Assembly: GCF_044704955.1 (NCBI RefSeq)
Contig: NC_091997.1
Location: 69,750,001 to 69,814,000 of the forward strand
From: Pristiophorus japonicus
Lineage: Eukaryota
Reading direction: 5' to 3'
Length of the DNA: 64,000 nt
Position 1 is the stretch's first letter. Each line of letters starts with the position of its first letter. The notes beneath the pieces were generated by a model that was not told the origin of the DNA, did no database searches, and saw only the letters and a program-made list of their open reading frames with translations. The translations under genes and the position numbers were made by a program. Of this stretch, positions 38,539 through 51,954 are shown piece after piece.

Positions 38539-40021
38539 GTGTGGAGATCATCCTCTTGCTCCCCTACAGAGGGGAGTGGGTAGCACTCTCTTTCGCCTCG
38601 GAGTCGGAAGGTTGTGGGTTCAAGTCGCGCTCCAGGGACTTTAGCAGAATAAATCTAGGCTGCGCCGCACTGTCGGAGGTGCCATCTTTCGGATGTTAAA
38701 CCGAGGCCCCATCTGCCCCCTCAAGTGGGCGTAAAAGAGCGCATGGCACTACTTCAAAAAAAAGCGGGGAAGTTATCCCCGGTGTCCTGGGGCCAATATT
38801 TATTCCGCAATCAACATCACTGAAACAGATTATCTGATCATTATCACATTGTTGTTTGTGGGAGCTTGCTGTGCGCAAATGGGTTGCCGCGTTTCCCACA
38901 TTACAACAGTGACTGCACTTCAAAAGTACTTAAATGGCTGTAAAGTGCTTTGAGACGTCCAGTGGTCATGAAAGGCGCTATATAAATGCAAGTCTTTCTG
39001 TTTTTCTTTGAGGTTGTGCTTGGTCTCTCTTCTGTAGGTACATTGGATAGATCAAAAGCTTGGGGATATGGCGGGTTGTGAACATGAGCCGGCACCCTCA
39101 CTCTCTTGTGTTGTGTTCTTAGCAACTCTTAAAATAAATAAATGAAGCAGTTAAAGGCATTTGAATGAGCTTTGCCCTTTTTTGGCTTAGCTTGGCTCAG
39201 CAGTAGCACTTTCAGCAGTGCCAGAAGTTTGTGGGTCCATGTTCCAGTTCAGGGATTTGAGCACATAAGCTAGACTGGCTCTTTAGTGTTGTATTGTCAG
39301 AGGTGCTGTCTTTTAGACAAGACATTAAACAGGCCTGTTCAAGTGGATGTACTGTTTGGCTGTAATGGCCTTCCTCATCCATATTTGTCTAGTGTCTAGG
39401 CCATTCAGTCTAATTTAATTCCTCCTCTGCTCAAAAAGGCCCATTGCCTCCATGACCCAATAAGAACATAAGAAATAGGAGCAGGGGCAGGCCATTGGGC
39501 CCCTCGAGCCTGCTCCGCCATTCAATAAGATCATGGCTGATCTGATCTTGGCCTCAACTCCACTTTCCTGCCAGTTCCCCATAACCCTTGACTCCCCAAT
39601 CTGGAAGTTTGTTTGACAAGTTTATTGACAAGTACAGAAAAGAAGTGTCCCATTTACTGTAACGACAATTCTGCGCTAAATATTCTGGTGACAATCAAAC
39701 GAGCAGCAAAAAAAAAAATCTGTGTTGTGGTAAATTATACTTTTCTGCGCTGGACAAGATTGAGTCTCATACAGTCCAGATGGGGAAGAAGTAGGGCTGA
39801 TAAATTCAGGTGGCAGTTTGCAAAAAAAAGTTCAGGATAACACACAAAATTATTCCTAACATATTGCATTTATTTATGGTGTTAGCGTGTTAATGAGCAA
39901 CACCATAACACAAGAACACTCCAACTGTGTGCAATATAATTAACAAAACACCTTTTACAATCTGGCAAAATATATTAGCGAGCTTGGAAAGTGATGCTGT
40001 TTCGTTGTGATTTTCCATTAG

Positions 40022-40222
40022 TTATGGATGGGCGCACATCCCAAAGGAGACGCGGTCATCTGCGACAACAGGATTTCCCAGAAGACTCTTGGGCAGTGGA
40101 TTGCAGAGCATCCCGAGTGTTTGGGGTCGAAGGTGAAAGATATCTTCCAAGGACAGCTGCCTTTTTTGTTCAAGGTGCTTTCGGTCAACATCTCGTTATC
40201 TATTCAAGCTCATCCAAACAAA
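40022..40222 (+). CDS. MPI: MPI exon 3 (LWMGAHPKG...[22 protein letters not shown])
   Basis: ttag acceptor, AAA|GTAAG donor, 201 nt; LWMGxHP motif and SIQAHP (zinc ligands Gln/His). Confidence 0.97.
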
Positions 40223-41119
40223 GTAAGCAAAGAAGTGGCTAAGTTGGCGTTCCCGAGTTAACCGGGCACATAACTGAATTTGTGGCATAGAATGTAACTT
40301 TGATTTTGCTCAAAACTGTTTGTACGCTCAGAATCTTAAATTCTGAACAAAACTGTGCTTATAAGAAAGGAAAGCTTTGTCTGGAGAATGAATGTAATTT
40401 CAAAAGGTGTTGAGCTGAAATGCGTCATGTACATAGGATGAATGATCACTTTCTCCCCCAATTACTAGGGACATCGAAGGTTGTGGGGAGCAGACAGGGA
40501 AGTGGAGTTGAGGCCAAGATCAGATCAGCCATGATCTTATTGAATGGCGGAGCAGGCTCCAGGGGCTGTATGGCCTACTCCTGCTCCTAATTCTTATGTA
40601 AGGCTTATTCTCTTCGGCAGTGGTTTCCACCAGCAAATGTTGGCACGCTTCCAGATGCCTCGACTTGACTTTTAAAGGCCGGGGCAGTTACCCAAAGGAA
40701 AACAGTGCTATTATTGCAGAATTTTATTAGTGGTATCCAACCTTGTAAAGAATGTGCTAATAAGTTCACACAAAACTCACAAGACATCACGCTTGTTATG
40801 CTCAAGAATGTCTGACTGTCAGAAATATGATAAACTCTGATGTCCCCTCATGGGTCCCACTTTGCTCTCATAACTTTGTACGTTTCACTGCCTTTTCTTC
40901 TGAATGTGAAAAACTGCAATTTAAAAAAAAAAAAATCCATCTTTGTGGGATGACAAACTGATTCATTTGTAACCCACATAAAGTCAGTCGTACAGAGAGA
41001 ACAAGAATGCATTGGACCAAATTTCACGCCTACATTGGCCAAGCATACACGCAGATTGACCAACCATGCAGCACCTTTGTCTAAACCCTTCCACCAAGAC
41101 TGACCTGGATAGTTAGATG

Positions 41120-42328
41120 TGCTAGATTGAGTAGACTAGGCCTATATTCTCTAGAGTTTAGTAGAGTGAGAGGTGATCTCAGTGAAACATACAACATTTT
41201 TATAGGGCTTCACAGGGTAGATGCAGGGGGGATGTTTCCTCTGGCTGGGGGAGTCTAGAACCAGGGGTCACAGTCTCAGAATAAGGGGTCAGCCATTTAG
41301 GACTGAGATGAGGAGAAACGACTTCACTTAAAGGGTGGTGAATCTTTGGAATTCTCTACCCCAGAGGGCTGTGGAGGCTCAGTCTTTGAGGATATTCAGG
41401 ACTGAGATCGATCGAGTTTGAAACATTAAGGGAATCAAGGGATATGGGGATAGTGCAGGAAAGTGGAATTGAGGTAGAAGATTAAACATGATAATGATTG
41501 GCGGAGCAGGCTCGGGGTGGGGCGGGGGGTGGGGATGGAGGGGTGCCAAACGGCCTACTCCTGCTCTTTGTTCTTATATGCACATGACCCTTCTGCGCAT
41601 AAAATTAGTGTTTCCAAATATGCTGAAGCAAAGAAACTGACTCCATTCATAGACCTTTTTGTATATTGATGGCGGAGGGTTCACATACTCTACACTCGCC
41701 TCTGGCACTTTTAATTCCAGCCAGGGCCGATTGAACAAATGTCTTCTGTCTCTCTGCCAAATGAAGTAATGTTTGAGCAGTCTCAGTTGAGGATGAGTAC
41801 AAATCACAGAACAATCCTTAATTTAACGGATGCAATCTGATTGCCAATTTCACTCCACCATAACTATAACTGGTGTATATTTACATGGGTGCATTAGGAG
41901 GGGCTCGAAGGGTGGAGTTAACATAGAAATTAGGTGCAGGAGTAGGCCATTCGGCCCTTCGAGCCTGCACCACCATTCAATAAGATCATGGCTGATCATG
42001 CAACTTCAGTACCCCATTCCTGTTTTCTCTCCATACCCCTTGATCCCTTTAGCCGTAAGGGCCACATCTAACTCCCTTTTGAATATATCTAACGAACTGG
42101 CCTGAACCACTTTCTGTAGTAGAGAATTCCACAGGTTCACAATTCTCTGAGTGAAGAAATTTCTCCTTATCTCGGTCCTAAATGGCTTACCCCTTATCCT
42201 TAGACTGTGACCCCTGGTTGTGGACTTCCCCAACATCGGGAACGTTCTTCCTGCATCTAACCAGTCCAATCCCGTCAGAATTTTATATTTTTCTATGAGA
42301 TCCCCTCATTCTTCTAAATTCCAGTGAA
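41120..42328. mobile_element. Two CR1 3' fragments (41120-41577 plus; 41920-42328 minus) in MPI intron 3
   Basis: CR1 C-terminal peptides and 3' UTR. Confidence 0.85.
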
Positions 42329-42479
42329 GGCACTGGGGGAGCATATAAATATAAATCCACTTTTGCTATTTATAATAGAATCACAAAATGTTACTTATAC
42401 ATTGTATTTACGATTTTACTAGAAATGGTGAATCAGAAATCCTCCAACTTTATTGGGGCAGAATGGGCACATCTTTGCC

Positions 42480-42795
42480 TCCACACCAAGATGTCTGCGC
42501 TCCTCTAATTCTGCCCTCTTCAGCATCCCTGATTATAATCGCTCAACCATTGGTGGCCGTGCCTTCAGTTGCCTGGGCCCCAAGTTCTGGAACTCCCTGT
42601 CTAAACGTCTTTGCCTCTCTTTCCTCCTTCAAGACGCTCCTTAAAACCTACCTCTTTGACCAAGCGTTTGGTCACCTGCGCTAATTTCTCCTTATGTAAC
42701 TCCGTGTCAATTTTTTTTAGTCTCATAATACTCCTGTGAAGCGCCTTGGGACATTTCACTATGTTAAAGGCGCTATATAAATACAAGTTGTTGTG
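42480..42795 (+). mobile_element. L2-type LINE 3' fragment (MPI intron 3)
   Basis: GGRAFSCLGPKFWNSL / FKTLLKTYLFDQAF and (TTG)n tail. Confidence 0.85.
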
Positions 42796-43216
42796 ACAGA
42801 AAGTGGAGTGAGATTGACCCTACGTTTTTGCTGTACTTGACATGGGAGTTCTTCATCCTGTTCCTGCTCCCTGTCCCGGGGCTCACGCACATAAAATTGC
42901 AATAAATTGAAAATATAGATAATTTTATTTACAGGAATCAACACACTGCAAAAAGGAGTTAGATGTAGTCCTTACTACTAGGGGGATCAAGGGGTATGGT
43001 GAGAAAGCAGGAATGGGGTACTGAAGTTGCATGTTCAGTCATGCACTCATTGAATGGCGGTGCAGGCTCGAAGGGCCGAATGGCCTACTCCTGCACCTAT
43101 TTTCTATGTTTCTATGAATTGTTATAACATTTCTCCACACATTTTCCCAATTGTTCAGATGTTGAAGATTAGTCAACGCTGCATTGTTCACAGCTAATGG
43201 AGTTGGTGTTTTTCAG

Positions 43217-43358
43217 GAGCTCGCTGTACAACTCCACGCTCAGTTTCCCGATCGCTATCCAGATAAAAATCACAAACCAGAAATGGCTATAGCACTGACG
43301 CCGTTTGAAGGGTTGTGTGGATTCAGACCGGTGGAGGAAATCGTTGGATTTTTGAAAA
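43217..43358 (+). CDS. MPI: MPI exon 4 ([38 protein letters not shown]...)
   Basis: tttttcag acceptor, A|GTAAG donor, 142 nt; type I PMI signature YxDxNHKPE. Confidence 0.97.
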
Positions 43359-44723
43359 GTAAGATTCTGAACCACCCTTGATATGTACTGGTAAGAAACC
43401 GATGGGAATCTTGATAGTAGATTTAAGGATAAAACAACTGCATGCTTTTTCCATATTCCAAATACATCGACATGTTCTGTCTGGGAATCACTGGAGCGGT
43501 TTTGAAAGTTCAGTCCTCCTGTTAATTTCACTGTGTCTCAACTCTCAGCGATCAGTGTCAAGTCGGCTCATTTGTCAGCGCTTCTCGCTGAAGGTTCTGG
43601 GTTCAAGCCACACTGCAGTCTTGAGCACATCCAGACTAACGCTGAATCCAGAATACCATTGATTCTGAAGGGGGGGATCGACAGGGTAGATGCAGTCAAG
43701 ATGTTTCCCCTTGTGGGGGAGATCTAAAACTAGGGGGCATAGTTTCAGAATAAGGGGTGGCTCATTTAAAACGGAAACGAGGAGGAATTTCTTCTGTCAG
43801 TGGGTCGTGAATCTTTGGAATTCTTTGCCCAGAGAGCTGTGGGCGCTGAGTCATTGAATGTATTTAAGGTGCAGATGGACAGATTTTTGAACGATAAGGG
43901 AGTCGAGGGTTATAGGGAGCAGGCTGGGAAGTGGAGTTGAGGCCGTGATCTTATTGAATGGCAGAGCAGGCTCGAGGGGCCAAATGGCCGACTCCTGCTC
44001 CTATTGCTTACGTTTATGTCTTATTCGCCTGCTCAGGTGGACACAAAAGATCGGAAAAAGAGTAAGGAGAACTCTGGTGTCCTGGCCGACCTTCCTCAAC
44101 CAACACTAGCAAACAAGCGTTTTCTGGCCCTTCATTTATATACTGCTCGTGACACATTACTGTGTGCGATTGGTTGCTGAATTTACCTCTAAACAACAGT
44201 GACTGTCCTTCGAAAGTAATCAATTAGTTGTAAAGAGCTTTGGACTGAGGATGTGATGAGGCACTATATAAATGCAAGTTCTTTCTATTATCAATCCGAC
44301 CAGTTTATAATTTATTAACACAGAAATATTTTCCAAAGTCAATGGCCTAGTCATTAATGAATATAACTGAAAATAATTATTAATTTACCGTCCTTTGGTT
44401 CTTTTCCCCTCCTGATTTTGTCCTTTCATCTCCCCGTTCCTGAAGGGCGTAGCTCATATGGGAGCATGGTTCCTCATTCGACCACCATCCTCCAATACCT
44501 TGTGTACGTGGTTGTTCTCAAAACGGAATATGGGCGGCTCAACTGTGTGAGCCCTCCCAGACAAGCTTGACCCTCTCCTCACCATCTGCATACGTGTATT
44601 TACAGCGGTTATCCATATTAATTCAGAGCAGACACTTTGGCCGATACTTCCGTCTCTCCGCTAGCCTAATGGTTCTGATGAAGTGTTACACCCAAAGTCT
44701 TAGCCTGCCTTTCTCTTTCGGCT

Positions 44724-45230
44724 GCAACAACAACTTGTATTTATATAGCGCCTTTAACATAGTGAAACTTCCCAAGGCTCTTCGCATGAGTATTATGCGA
44801 TTGAAAATTGAACACCGAGCCACATAAGTAGAAATTAGCGCAGGTGACCAGAAGCTTGGTCAAAGAGGTAGGTTTTAAGGAGCGTCTTGAAGGAAGAAAG
44901 AGAGGTGGAGAGGTTTAGGCATGAAGTTACAGAGCTTGGGGCCTAGGCAACAGAAGGCACGGCCACCGATGGTTGAGCGATTACAATCAGGGATGCTCGA
45001 GGGCAGAATTAGAGGAGCGCAGACATCTCCGGGATTTGGGAGGGGGGGTGGCGGTTGTGGGGCTAGAGGAGATTTCAGCGATCGGGAGGGGCAAGGCCAT
45101 GAAAAGATTTGAAAACCAGGATGAGAATTTTGAAATCGAGGCGTTGCTTTACTGGGAGCCAGTGTTGGTCAGGGGGTGCTGGGCGAACGGGACTTGATGC
45201 GAGTTAGGACACGGGGCAGCCAAGTTTTGG
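44724..45230 (-). mobile_element. L2-type LINE 3' fragment (MPI intron 4)
   Basis: Reverse complement of the same family as 42480-42795. Confidence 0.85.
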
Positions 45231-45319
45231 AAACTGAAATGCGCGTTAGCAGCATTTAGCAGATGTCTGTCACACGCTGTTTGCCTTTTCATCTCCGTAA
45301 CACGTGCGCTTTGTTGCAG

Positions 45320-45499
45320 ATGTCCGGGAATTTCACGCAGTGATCGGCAGTGAAGCCGCAGAAATGCTGGAAAACAGCACCGGGGACCCTGGCAAGGTGT
45401 CCGATGCTTTGAAGAAGTGCTTTACCAGAATGATGAACTGCGAAAAGAAAGCCTTTGTTGATCAGCTGAACAAGCTGGTGAAGAGGGTGTTGGAGGAAG
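45320..45499 (+). CDS. MPI: MPI exon 5 (helical domain, VREFHAVIGSEAA...LVKRVLEE)
   Basis: ttgcag acceptor, G|GTTTGT donor, 180 nt; phases fit exons 4 and 6. Confidence 0.92.
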
Positions 45500-45937
45500 G
45501 TTTGTGATATTAATCCTGTTAATATCGATTATAATAATTATAATCCGACTGAAGAACCGTGTTAAAGTCAAATGTAAATTAGTTTGTACTTACGAAACTA
45601 TTGTTTGTTGTGAACTATTTCTTAAAACATTGTTACACGCAAGTTTGCCGACATATGGAATCTTAAACAAATATTTTCATTGATCTGCCACATCACAGCT
45701 GTCAGAAATGTCTCACTGACAGAAGTTACTTGAGGTGCAGTCACTGTTATGCAAGTATGTGTGACAGCCATTTTATGCATGGCAAGATCCCACAAGCAGC
45801 GATAAGATGAATGACCAGTTGGTATTGGTGAGAGAGGAATGTTGTCCAGGACACCAGGAGAACTCCCTGCCCTTCAGTGTAATGTCATGGGACCTTCACT
45901 GTTCACAAGGATGGACAGGGCCCACGTTTACTACGTG

Positions 45938-46549
45938 TCAACTGTGGCTCAGTGGGCAGCACCCTCTGAGTCAGAAGGTTGTGGGTTCAAGTCCCACTCC
46001 AGTGACTTCAGCGCAAAAATCTCGGCTGACACTCCAGTGCAGTGCCGAGGGAGTGTCGCACTGTCAGAGATGCCATATTTCAGATGAGCTGTTAAACCGA
46101 GGCCCCGTCTGCTCTCTATTTGCCACGGTACTATTTTGAAGAGGAGCAGGGGAGTTATCCCCGGTGTCCTGGGCCAATATTTATCCCTCAATCAACATAA
46201 CAAAAACAGATTATCTGGTCATTATCACGTTGCTGTTTGCGGGAGCTTGCTGTGTGAAAATTGGCTGCCGTGTTTCCCACATTACAACAGTGACGACACT
46301 TCAAAGGTACTTCATTGGTTGTAAAGCGCTTTGAGACTGAATATATTTAAGAGGGAGATAGATAGATTTCTAGAAACAAAAGGCATTAAGGGCTATGGGG
46401 AAAAAGCAGGAATATGGTGTTGAGATAGAGGATCAGCCATGATCATATTGAATGGCGGTGCAGGCTCGAAGGGCCGAATGGCCTACTACTGCCCCTATTT
46501 TCTATGAGACGACCGGTGGTTGTGAAAAGCATATAAATGCAAGTCTTTC
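45938..46549 (+). mobile_element. Deu-type SINE split by a nested CR1 3' end (46338-46504)
   Basis: SINE sequence resumes after the insert; TGAGAC is duplicated at 46332-46337 and 46505-46510. Confidence 0.85.
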
Positions 46550-46610
46550 GTACATTTTTGCACGTCACGTACCACTGTTTGGAACTAACAGACACCCCAT
46601 GTTTCTGCAG

Positions 46611-46784
46611 CTGCCGCTGGCAAGGACACAGCAGCAAGTAACGGCGAACTGTTGCTACGGTTACACTCCCAGTTTCCGGGCGATGTCGGGTGTTTCGTCA
46701 TCTACTTCCTGAACCAGGTGAAGCTGCAGCCCGGGGAAGCCATGTTCCTGGGAGCGAACGAACCCCACGCCTATCTCAATGGAG
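46611..46784 (+). CDS. MPI: MPI exon 6 (...[45 protein letters not shown])
   Basis: ACTAAC branch-like site, tttctgcag acceptor, G|GTGAG donor, 174 nt; PGDVG and PHAY (zinc His) motifs. Confidence 0.97.
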
Positions 46785-47869
46785 GTGAGACTTGGAGCCT
46801 GCTGTCTGCAAAATGACGTCGGAAATGAAATGTGTCACCCTGAACTCGATAAAATCTAATGGTTTCGCTGGTCAATTTTTGCATAGCTGCACTGCAAGGT
46901 TTTTTTTTCCCACACATTTTGCTTAAAGTGTCATTGTGGGTGTTTGGGTCTAATTAAACTGTGAAAAACAGCCATCAGTTAGTTCATTTATGTCCTTCCA
47001 CATTTAAGAACATGTGAAATAGGAACAAGAGTCGGTCATACAGCCCCTCGAGCCTGCTCCGCCTTTTAATACGATCATGGCTGATCATCGACCTCAACTC
47101 CACTTTCCTGCCCGATCCCCATATCCCTCGATTCTCCTACACTCCAAAAAATCTATTGATCTCAGCCTTGAATATATTCAGAGACTTGGCATCCACAGCC
47201 CTCTGGGGCAGAGAATCCCAAAGATTCACAACCCTCTGAGTGAAGAAATTCCTCCTCATCTCAGTCTTACATAGCCGACCCCTTATCCTGAGACTGTGCC
47301 CCCTGGTTTCTAGACTCTTCAGCTAGGGGACTGGGTCTGGAGAGATATTCTGAATTGTAGGTGTGTGACCAGTGGGAGCAATTAGAAGTGATGAGTCAAG
47401 CATTGCACAACATTAAAGCACATTAGCTTAAATACGATATGTTTCCTATAACGTGCATTGGTATCATTGTTGACCAAGCAATCGACAATGGTAAATGTTG
47501 ACAAGTGTAACCAAAACTAGCGACAGCAGGTTTGTGGGTCCGACGTGTGCAAGGTTTTAATAATTTGCATTGTTAAGAATGATTGTACTGATATCTTTGC
47601 TACTTTCCCCTTCAATCCTGTTTTGAAAGGATATATGGCCAAATCATGCAGTAGAAATTACACTCTAATTCTGGAATCCGGTCCTGAACTAACTCTGAAA
47701 TGGAGCAGGGTGATTCCCTTCCCCGGGGAAGCTGTATAACTCCAGTGTAGTTTCAAACCGAGTGTAAAAAGTACTTGGGACCCTCCATTATAACACTTTA
47801 TTTTCTTTTTTTTTTGGTTGGCTTTTGTTTTGCTTAAATACTTTCAATTTGAGGAGAAGTCATTTTTTT

Positions 47870-48930
47870 TGTATCTCTGTAATCTCCTCCAGCCACACAA
47901 CCGCCCCCCCCCCCTCCGCCCCGAGATGTCTGCGCTCCTCTAATTCTGCCCACTTGAGCATTCCTAATTTTAATTGCTCAACCATTGACGGCCGTGCCTT
48001 CAGTTGCCTGGGCCCCAAGCTCTGGAACTCCCTGCCTAAACCTCTCTGCCTCTGTTTCCTCCTTCAAGACGCTCCTTAAAACCGACCTCTTTGACCAAGC
48101 TTGCCCTAATTTCTACTTATGTGGCTCAGTATCCAATTTTTTGTCTCATAATACTCCTGTGAAGCACTTTGGGATTTTTCACTTCGCTAAAGGCGCTATA
48201 TAAAAACATGTTGTTGTATAGTGTTTGAGTTTATTACTGCATGTTTTTAATTAGCTTACCCAGATTTCCCTCTGTACTGCTTTGTGTTTGCGCCCCCCCC
48301 CCACCCCCCGACCCGTGCTCATGTGAATAAAAATGCACAGTGCTGTCGCCTGTTCAACCAGTGTTTGTAAATGAGGTGCTGCCGGCTGCAAATTGATTCT
48401 ACAGTTATTGGTCTAAGGAGTTAGTCTACATGGTATTAACAACAACAACTTATATTTATACAGCGTCTTTAAGATAATAAAACATCCCAAGGTGTTTCAC
48501 AGGCGTGTTATCGGAAAAAAACCACAATTTGATACCGAGCCATATAAGGAGCGGTTAGGACAGGTGACAAAGAGGTAGGTTATAAGGAGTGTCTTAAAGC
48601 GGGAGAGAGAGGGGCGGAGAGATTTAGGGAGGTCATTCCAAAGCTTGGGGCCCAGGCAACAGAAGGCACGACTGCCAGTGGTGGAACATTTCAAATCGGG
48701 GATGTTCGAAAGACCAGAACAGGTGGAGCGCAGAGGTCTAGGAGGATTATAAGGCAGGAGGGGATTACAGAGGTAAGGAGGGGCGAGGCCGTGGAGGGAT
48801 TTGAAAACAAGAATGAGAATTTTAGAATCGAGGCCTTGCTTAACAGGGAGCTTAATATAGGTCAGCAAGCACAGGGGAGATGAGTGAGCGGAACTTGGTG
48901 CGAGTTAGCAGGCGTTTTGGATGACCTCAA
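47870..48930. mobile_element. Tail-to-tail pair of L2 fragments in MPI intron 6 (47870-48217 plus; 48439-48930 minus)
   Basis: Both encode RAFxCLGPKLWNxLPK-type remnants. Confidence 0.85.
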
Positions 48931-49128
48931 TTAACTGCTTTTAATGGGCATTCATGCCATGTGTGACAATATTGGGAGGAAGGGCTCTTCAGTCTTACTG
49001 GGTGCTTGCCAGTTCTGCATCGAGCCTCAGGTTCTGCAGTCTAATGAGCTATTCCGATTCGAGCTATTGTTGAGATATTGAAGCGATAACTAGCATAAGC
49101 TGATGAGCTTTTCTTTTATCCGTTCTAG

Positions 49129-49337
49129 ATTGTATTGAATGTATGGCGTGTTCCGATAACACCGTGCGAGCTGGCCTCACCCCAAAACTCATTGATGTCC
49201 ACACCCTTTGTGAAATGCTCAGTTACACACCGGCACCAGCAGGTGCGAAGATTTTCCCGTCCGTTCGGGATCCCTGCGATCCGTGCGTCTCTGTGTACGA
49301 TCCTCCGGTGCCCGATTTCAGCGTGATAAAAATTGAG
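49129..49337 (+). CDS. MPI: MPI exon 7 ([20 protein letters not shown]...[12 protein letters not shown])
   Basis: ttctag acceptor, GAG|GTAC donor, 209 nt; type I PMI signature ExMAxSDNxVRAGxTPK. Confidence 0.97.
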
Positions 49338-49786
49338 GTACGGCTTAACACAGAAGCATAGAAAATAGGTGCAGGCCATTCGGCCCTTCGAGCCTGCACC
49401 ACCATTCAATATGATCATGGCTGATCATTCACCTCAGTAGCCCATTCCTGCTTTCTCTCCATACCCCTTGGTCTCTGCTGCTGCTGTTCTGGGATTGTCG
49501 CTCTGGCACTGCCGAATACCTGATCATCTGCATTCCTCGACTGGTGCGTCTGCGTACCAGCTCTGGCACTGCAGTGGAGCTGTTTCCATGGTGCCATGGC
49601 ACCAAAGCTGGAGGGAGGGGGGGGGATAAAGAAAAACCGACACCAGCGATCTGTGACTGCTCTGCAGCAGCTGCAGTGAAACCTCAGGAGGCTGGTGGCT
49701 TCACGCACAAACTGCACACCGCAGGGTGCGCACACACTCGTCTGGTGTTGGACTGCACAAGGAGATTGTTTAGCGACAGTGAGATG

Positions 49787-50218
49787 CATCACCATCACGG
49801 GCCGTCCCTCGGAATCGAGGAAGACTTGCTTCCACTCTAAAAATGAGTCCTTAGGTGACTGAACAGTCCAATACGAGAACCACAGTCCCTGTCACAGGTG
49901 GGACAGACAGTGGTTGAGGGAAAGGGTGGGTGGGACTGGTTTGCCGCACGCTCTTTCCGCTGCCTGTGCTTGGTTTCTGCACGCTCTCGGCGACGAGACT
50001 CGAGGTGCTCAGCGCCCTCCCGGATGCACTTCCTCCACTTAGGGCGGACTGGTCTTTGGCCAGGGACTCCCAGGTTTCAGTGGGGATGTTGCACTTTTAT
50101 CAAGGAGGCTTTGAGGGTGTCCTTGAAACGTTTCCTCTGCCCACCTTTGGCTCGTTTGCCGTGTAGGAGTTCCGAGTAGAGCGCTTGCTTTGGGAGTCTC
50201 GTGTCTGGCATGTGAACG
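49787..50218 (-). mobile_element. RTE-clade LINE 3' fragment
   Basis: Minus strand encodes MPDTRLPKQALYSEL..GGQRKRFKDTLKASL plus RTE-type tail. Confidence 0.85.
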
Positions 50219-51261
50219 ATGGAGAACTCGATATGTATTACATAGAAATTATCGCACAGATCATTCAGCCTAAAAGCTGTCCCATTCTTAATCTCACCCT
50301 ATCTGGATATCCTTCTATTCCTTTCTCCCTCATGTACTTACCTAGCTTCCCATCAAATGCTAGTCCTTATGGTAGTGAGTTTCACATTCTCTGACTAAAG
50401 AATTTTCTCCTGAATTCCCTGTTAGATTTTTGGTGACTATCTTATATTTGGATATTAAAGGAATCCAGGGATAGGGGCATAGTGCAGGAAAGTGTTACGG
50501 TAGAAGATCAGCCATGATCTCATTGAATGGCGGAGCAAGTTCGAGGGGGCGAATGGCCGACTCCTGCTCCTAATTCTTATTTATAGCTCCTAGTTCTGGA
50601 TTTCCCCACAAGTGGTCACATGTTCTCTACATGGAGAGGAATTTTCCCAGATTTCTTCCCCCCCCCCCCCCACAAATTGGCCTGGGTTTTTAATCTGTTT
50701 TTTTGCCTCTCCCAGGAGATCACATGGCTCCGGTTGGGGTGGAGTGTAAAATGTTTCAGTGTAAGGGGTGTCGCAGTTGTGTGGGGCGGACTGGTTGGGC
50801 TGGATGCTCTTTACCTTTCTGCCATTGTTCATTGTTCATAGGTTTATATGTAACCTTCAGGGCTGCTGACCGAGGGCCGTGCGGCTCTTTGTCGGCCGGC
50901 GTGGACACGATGGGCCGAAATGGCCTCCTTCTCCGCTGTAAATTTCTATGTTTCTGTGTGCCCTGTCGAACCCCTTCATAATTTTAAAGACCTCTATCTA
51001 GAGAAAAGATTAGCAGCCTGATCAGTCTTTCTTGATAGTTAAAACCCTCATATACTGGTATTATCTTTGTAAATCTTATTTGTGCTTTCTCCAGTACTTT
51101 TTGTAATATGGAGACCAGAAATGTGCACAGCACTCTAAGTGTGATCTAACCAAGGTTCTATATAAGTTGTGTAAATACACTGATCACTGTATGCTGAGGA
51201 GAGAGGGCTGAATGTTGTCAACTTGCACTTTATAATCAAAATTGAAATCTCTTGAACCCAG

Positions 51262-51474
51262 GTTCCGAGTGCAGTGGAACGATACATGGTGTCCTCCATT
51301 GATTCTGCAAGCATCTTGCTGGTCATCAGGGGCAAGGCCACAGCCAAGGCTGCCCCGTCTCAGATCAACATTCACCGAGGATCCGTGCTGTTCATCGCGG
51401 CCAACGAGCGCGTTGACCTGTGTATCGACTCAACAGATGGGATGCTGCTTTTCAGGGCGTGCTGTGTGCTGTAA
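51262..51474 (+). CDS. MPI: MPI exon 8, coding part (VPSAVERY...LLFRACCVL*)
   Basis: cag|GTT acceptor, TAA at 51472-51474. The eight exons total 1263 nt (420 aa) with no frameshift or internal stop. Confidence 0.94.
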   Translation, partial: VPSAVERYMVSSIDSASILLVIRGKATAKAAPSQINIHRGSVLFIAANERVDLCIDSTDGMLLFRACCVL

Positions 51475-51954
51475 CCTCTCTCGCCCTCCACCCCGTATCC
51501 TTGTGACTAAAAATACACTATTCTGTAGTACTGTAGTCCGGTGAACAGATTGCAAATCGCATATGAATGAGGTTAACCCTTAAGTGTTTTTTTTTTGTGT
51601 GGGATTCAAAATTTTACATTGTTACCAAGGTAACTGTGGCTGCTGCCAACGAACAGGAAGCTGCACAGCAGAATTTTCTGCATAAACTTTCATAAATCCT
51701 TTAGAAACACCATGAGCCGATAGAAACACAAATTTGACTTTTAATTTTTATTTTCTTCTCCTGCCGGGGTTCATTTCGGCATCAGCGATCTCTTTTCCCC
51801 ACTCCCTCCCCTCCTTTCTCCCTCACCAGTCGGTGGCAAGTTCGGCGAGAGCAACCAAATCACCACTGCAACTGCACATGTGCAACGACTTTATTCCGTT
51901 GGCAGCAGCCGCTTCCTGACAATTTTCATGAGTGCGATTATTTTTTTTTTCTGT

